Positions 33,413 to 36,496 of a DNA stretch of 36,496 nt are shown here, piece after piece. The number at the start of each line of letters is the position of its first letter. The stretch's first letter is position 1. Made by a program: the position numbers and the translations under genes. The stretch is taken from the IMG/VR virus record IMGVR_UViG_2518645528_000001. One strand, written 5' to 3'. The DNA is from a virus. The notes beneath the pieces are model-generated. The model did not search any database. It worked only from the letters and a program-made list of their open reading frames with translations, and was not told the DNA's origin.

Positions 33413-33786
33413 GTGTTTATATTTCTATTGAGATATAAGTAGCATCCAGAGCATTTACCTTCCTGGCAACTGCTGCTGTATTTGCACCAACTACCTTTCA
33501 TCCTCTCACCGCCAGCACAAGAACGAGAATGTACAGCTCTACCATGATAATTGCGAAGAGACCGACCGCAGCCATTTTAAGCGACATTCAATTCACCCCG
33601 ATCAATGGGATATCCTCAATTGGAGTACGGTCATCTTCATCAACGAGCGAGAGGGTGTACACGAATAGCCCGCGCAGGCAGTTCTCACCCATGTTCTTCT
33701 CAGCCATCAGCTACCCCCCCAGAATATCAAGATCGGCGACATTGCCACTGCAAAGCCGAGAAAACAGACTATCATGAATTTCAGGA

Positions 33787-33984
33787 TCATTTCAGCCTCT
33801 CGAATATCCGCACGTTGCCCGACATGGCAAGCTTCACCTGATGAGCCAGATCACGAATCTCAACAGTGCTGCCGTCGTTCATATGCGCTACAGTCCTGGC
33901 ATATCTTCTGTTCTCTCTGATCTCTCGGCGATCCTGCTGATTAGTTCCGTCCCTGCGTCCTTGCGTTGATCTACCGAAGCTCAT
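33787..33984 (-). CDS. Hypothetical protein (65 aa, from MSFGRS)
   Basis: Internal ATG of track ORF 33787..34032; part of coupled micro-ORF chain. Confidence 0.45.
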   Translation of the reverse strand: MSFGRSTQGRRDGTNQQDRREIRENRRYARTVAHMNDGSTVEIRDLAHQVKLAMSGNVRIFERLK

Positions 33985-34092
33985 GCTGCGCCTCCTGTTC
34001 TTTCTTGATCTCACGCTCGCGCTGCATCTCAAGAGCTACCTGCTGTTCAAGGCTCTCGAAGATCCTCATCCAAAGAGGTTTGACGAATGCCA

Positions 34093-34305
34093 TCAGCCCC
34101 ACCTGCCCTGTGGTACTGGTATTTCAACCCCGGATTGTTCAGCGAATTCTATCTTGTTGCAGAAATCGTTAATCGCATGACTTATTAGGTCGCTGGCCCC
34201 AAGCTGGTTTGCAAAATGTGACTCAAGCACATGATTCATTCGCCTGATAGTCAGAACATCCAGGCTCACGGACTTGACCTGTGTTTTGCGGTTTTTCTGT
34301 GCCAT
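34093..34305 (-). CDS. RHH-like regulator (70 aa)
   Basis: VKSVSLDVLT...ASDLISHAINDF pattern. Confidence 0.65.
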   Translation of the reverse strand: MAQKNRKTQVKSVSLDVLTIRRMNHVLESHFANQLGASDLISHAINDFCNKIEFAEQSGVEIPVPQGRWG

Positions 34306-34466
34306 CAGGCCAGCCCCCGCTCTTTCTTGATCGACCTAATTCCTTCCCGTATCACTGACCTCAGCGCATCGCTTGAATGCGTAAAAACGCCCTTCTGTAC
34401 GAGTTCGTTGATATCGGCTGCGTCGGCCGGTGATAACCGTATGCTTGTTGGTGAATCTTGTGCCAT
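34305..34466 (-). CDS. RHH (CopG/Arc-like) regulator, Cro-like position (53 aa; start ATG 34466)
   Basis: TSIRLSPADAADINELVQKGVFTHSSDALRSVIR. Confidence 0.8.
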   Translation of the reverse strand: MAQDSPTSIRLSPADAADINELVQKGVFTHSSDALRSVIREGIRSIKKERGLA

Positions 34467-34475
34467 ATTACCTCT

Positions 34476-34542
34476 CTTGTGTATTACACAAGTAATGCAC
34501 TTCAAGCTATATATACTTTATTACTTGTGTATTACTTGTGTA
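34476..34542. promoter_or_regulatory. Operator array between divergent RHH genes
   Basis: CTTGTGTA-T-TACACAAG palindrome 34476-34492; ATTACTTGTGTA at 34520 and 34531 and inverted at 34485-34496; TATA boxes near 34508-34515 and 34551-34558. Confidence 0.75.
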
Positions 34543-34582
34543 GTAGTTAACTTAAATACTCTTTACTACTGTAGTATTGCAT

Positions 34583-34819
34583 ATGCAATTTTCACAGAAA
34601 AGATTAAAAGAAACAACATCTATAACAATTAACAAATATTTATTAGATAAATCGAAAGAGCTTGTTGAAAAAGGGGAGTTTGGCTCGGTTTCTGACGTAA
34701 TCACAACAGCGCTATCAGAATTTTTTGTTAGTTATGAAGCGCACAAAAAAACACCGGCTCAGAAGCCACAAGAGACAGACGGTGCGCCGCTCTTGACCCG
34801 GCCGGTTACGATCGGGTAA
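34583..34819 (+). CDS. RHH repressor, CI-like position (78 aa)
   Basis: TTSITINKYLLDKSKELVEKGEFGSVSDVITTAL; divergent from the lytic operon. Confidence 0.8.
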   Translation: MQFSQKRLKETTSITINKYLLDKSKELVEKGEFGSVSDVITTALSEFFVSYEAHKKTPAQKPQETDGAPLLTRPVTIG

Positions 34820-34934
34820 TTCAAAATACGAATCGGCGATTATGCGATATATTATATTATGAGCATAGTAAGCATAGAAAAATGAGGGCTAAAGGTGGAA
34901 AAATGCAAGCAAAATATAAAACGGCAATTGTTGG

Positions 34935-35336
34935 ATGGATCTGTGGCGCGATCACGATAGCGATTATCTTCACACTGCTATAGGGGATACTATGTACGTC
35001 CGCACAAGTTGCACTCGCTGCAGCAATGCAGATTATCAGGATCTCAAGTTACATGCCTTAGAGCACACCGTTTTTGACGACCTCACCCACGCCTATCGAT
35101 ATTCTGTCGAGAACATCGAGATAGCGGATACTATCAGCGAGGAAGAAATGGCAGCGCGGATCATGCGAGAGCTGAGGGGTATTCTGAGGGACGGCATAGA
35201 GATCTCGGAGCTGTGCAAGACGATCCAGGAATGCTTTGGCGTGGCTGCAAAGTACTGCTGCGATATCATTCAAAGAATAAAGTACGAGGCAGGGATGTAC
35301 TGCCCGGACCGGAAGCATTTGTATTACGCGCGATAG
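34935..35336 (+). CDS. Hypothetical protein with CxxC and helical C-terminus (133 aa)
   Basis: ORF co-oriented with repressor; CTRC motif; start uncertain. Confidence 0.55.
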   Translation: MDLWRDHDSDYLHTAIGDTMYVRTSCTRCSNADYQDLKLHALEHTVFDDLTHAYRYSVENIEIADTISEEEMAARIMRELRGILRDGIEISELCKTIQECFGVAAKYCCDIIQRIKYEAGMYCPDRKHLYYAR

Positions 35337-36496
35337 CTCAGTTCTCTCATTTTTTTGAGCAGGATCTGCTGCACTGTCGGATCTGCAAGCACGCTATCAA
35401 GCTTCTCGTCAACCCCTCTCCGTGAATCTAAGTCTGCAGAGATCTCATCCATGCGTTTCTGCGTTTTCTCAAGCTCAAGCCGAAGCTGCGCATTATCGGC
35501 CTGAAGTCTGTTGTAAGCATCGCTCTCAAGCACCCTGGCCTCTGTCTTCTCAATAGTCAGAAACGGCAGGTACTTCATATACCGTTCTTTGAGCTTCTTT
35601 GGATCTGCCTTGAAATAAGTCTCATGCATGGAATCAATTTTGTGCCCCATCAGGTAATCCGTAAAGAATATATCTGCGCCGTTATTCAAAAGCTGGGAGT
35701 TGAAAAACTTGCGCAGGTTGTGCGCCCTGGCAAGACCGAACAACCCGTGACCGTTACCATATCCTGCTTCTATACCGATCTCCCGGAACACCTTCACAAA
35801 TGCATGTTCCGTGAACTTCACACCGTCCTCAGATACAAACAGCCAGTCATCGTCGCCTTTGACTGCAAGCTTCAGGCTCTTGTTCCTGAAATCAAGATAT
35901 TCTTTGATCGCGTCCACCGCCTCAGGTGACAGGAAAGTAGTGAACTCATAATTAACTTTTTGCCGGGTAAGCTGTAACGTGGCTATGCCGTTCCCATCCT
36001 TGTTTTTAATGTGTTTTATTTTAAGGTTACGTACTTCATTGCCCCCCAGCCCTGAACTGATTATGGTGTAAATAATAGCCTTGTTCCTGAGGCTCTTGCA
36101 GTGATTGATCAGCTTGCGCACATCTTCTATATCAAGCTGTGACCTGCTGCCGTTCTCTTCCAGAGCTCGGGCGACCTTTTCCTTCAGGTTAGGCAGATCG
36201 ATCTCATTAGTTTTGTAGAAACTCTTCACCGCAGCCATGTAAGCATTTACGCTGTTGGGAGAATCCCCCTCTTCATTGAGGTGCTCTCTGAAGCTGATAA
36301 GATACCTGCGGATAGATCGCTTTCTCATCAGTATGCCGCGTGTGATCTCATCCTCTGCCTCTTCGATCAGCTCAGCCGCAGTCTTACCTACGTGCCCTGT
36401 GTATTTCTCCAGGCCGAACGTGTATAATTTCTTCGTCTTGTGGCTTGCCCCGATCTGCGCCAGCCAGTCTCTAATTATCAAGTCGTTATTATCCAT
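35324..36496 (-). CDS. int: Tyrosine integrase (390 aa)
   Basis: N-terminal SAM-like domain, HNLRKFF, MGH, YF catalytic region; C-terminal coiled coil. Confidence 0.92.
   Translation of the reverse strand: MDNNDLIIRDWLAQIGASHKTKKLYTFGLEKYTGHVGKTAAELIEEAEDEITRGILMRKRSIRRYLISFREHLNEEGDSPNSVNAYMAAVKSFYKTNEIDLPNLKEKVARALEENGSRSQLDIEDVRKLINHCKSLRNKAIIYTIISSGLGGNEVRNLKIKHIKNKDGNGIATLQLTRQKVNYEFTTFLSPEAVDAIKEYLDFRNKSLKLAVKGDDDWLFVSEDGVKFTEHAFVKVFREIGIEAGYGNGHGLFGLARAHNLRKFFNSQLLNNGADIFFTDYLMGHKIDSMHETYFKADPKKLKERYMKYLPFLTIEKTEARVLESDAYNRLQADNAQLRLELEKTQKRMDEISADLDSRRGVDEKLDSVLADPTVQQILLKKMRELSYRA

Larger units (their letters stand above)
1..36496. mobile_element. Integrated head-tailed archaeal virus (provirus), near complete; att sites not visible in window
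   Basis: Terminase, portal, HK97-type capsid, tail tube, tape measure, MCM and tyrosine integrase in canonical modular order; archaeal TATA promoters and GGTGA SD sites. Confidence 0.93.

Noticed and set aside
32891-33501. Track ORFs of 108 and 96 aa
   Set aside because: They overlap dense inverted repeats, have low-complexity Ser/Ala/Pro composition and no motifs; more likely shadows of a structured RNA (not excluded for the Cys-rich first 25 aa).

Overview
The window is an almost complete integrated head-tailed (HK97-fold, siphovirus-like) archaeal virus, clipped at the stop of a tail-fibre gene (pos. 1) and the start codon of a tyrosine integrase (pos. 36496). TATA-box promoters, leaderless starts, GGTGA Shine-Dalgarno sites, a viral MCM helicase and ribbon-helix-helix (RHH) regulators point to an archaeal host; Methanosarcinales/ANME-like is my inference only. 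Nearly everything is on the minus strand. In transcription order: integrase; divergent RHH switch; micro-ORFs and a highly structured non-coding region; C5 methyltransferase; Gp3-like recombination protein; ASCH; HNH; MCM with a 4x30-bp iteron cluster; terminase; CRISPR module; portal, minor head, protease/scaffold, decoration protein and major capsid; adaptor; ParB-methyltransferase cassette; membrane micro-proteins; head-closure/C-type-lectin fusion; neck, tail and tape measure; tail fibre. The standout is a compact Cas1-less type V-F-like module between terminase and portal. It comprises a 523-aa Cas12f (Cas14)-like protein with all three RuvC acidic residues apparently lost, an upstream tracrRNA-like leader with two anti-repeats, and a 3-repeat mini-array. 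The repeat-less terminal spacer of the array matches the module's own promoter (13/15 nt, next to a TTA PAM), suggesting an RNA-guided transcriptional repressor rather than a nuclease. Other notable signals are a six-copy non-canonical late-promoter motif (T5-8-CAGC-TATA), a -1 frameshift in the tail chaperone, a DGR-type lectin fused to the head-closure protein, and tRNA-like elements interleaved with long hairpins. All family assignments are by eye from motifs and gene order; no database searches were run.
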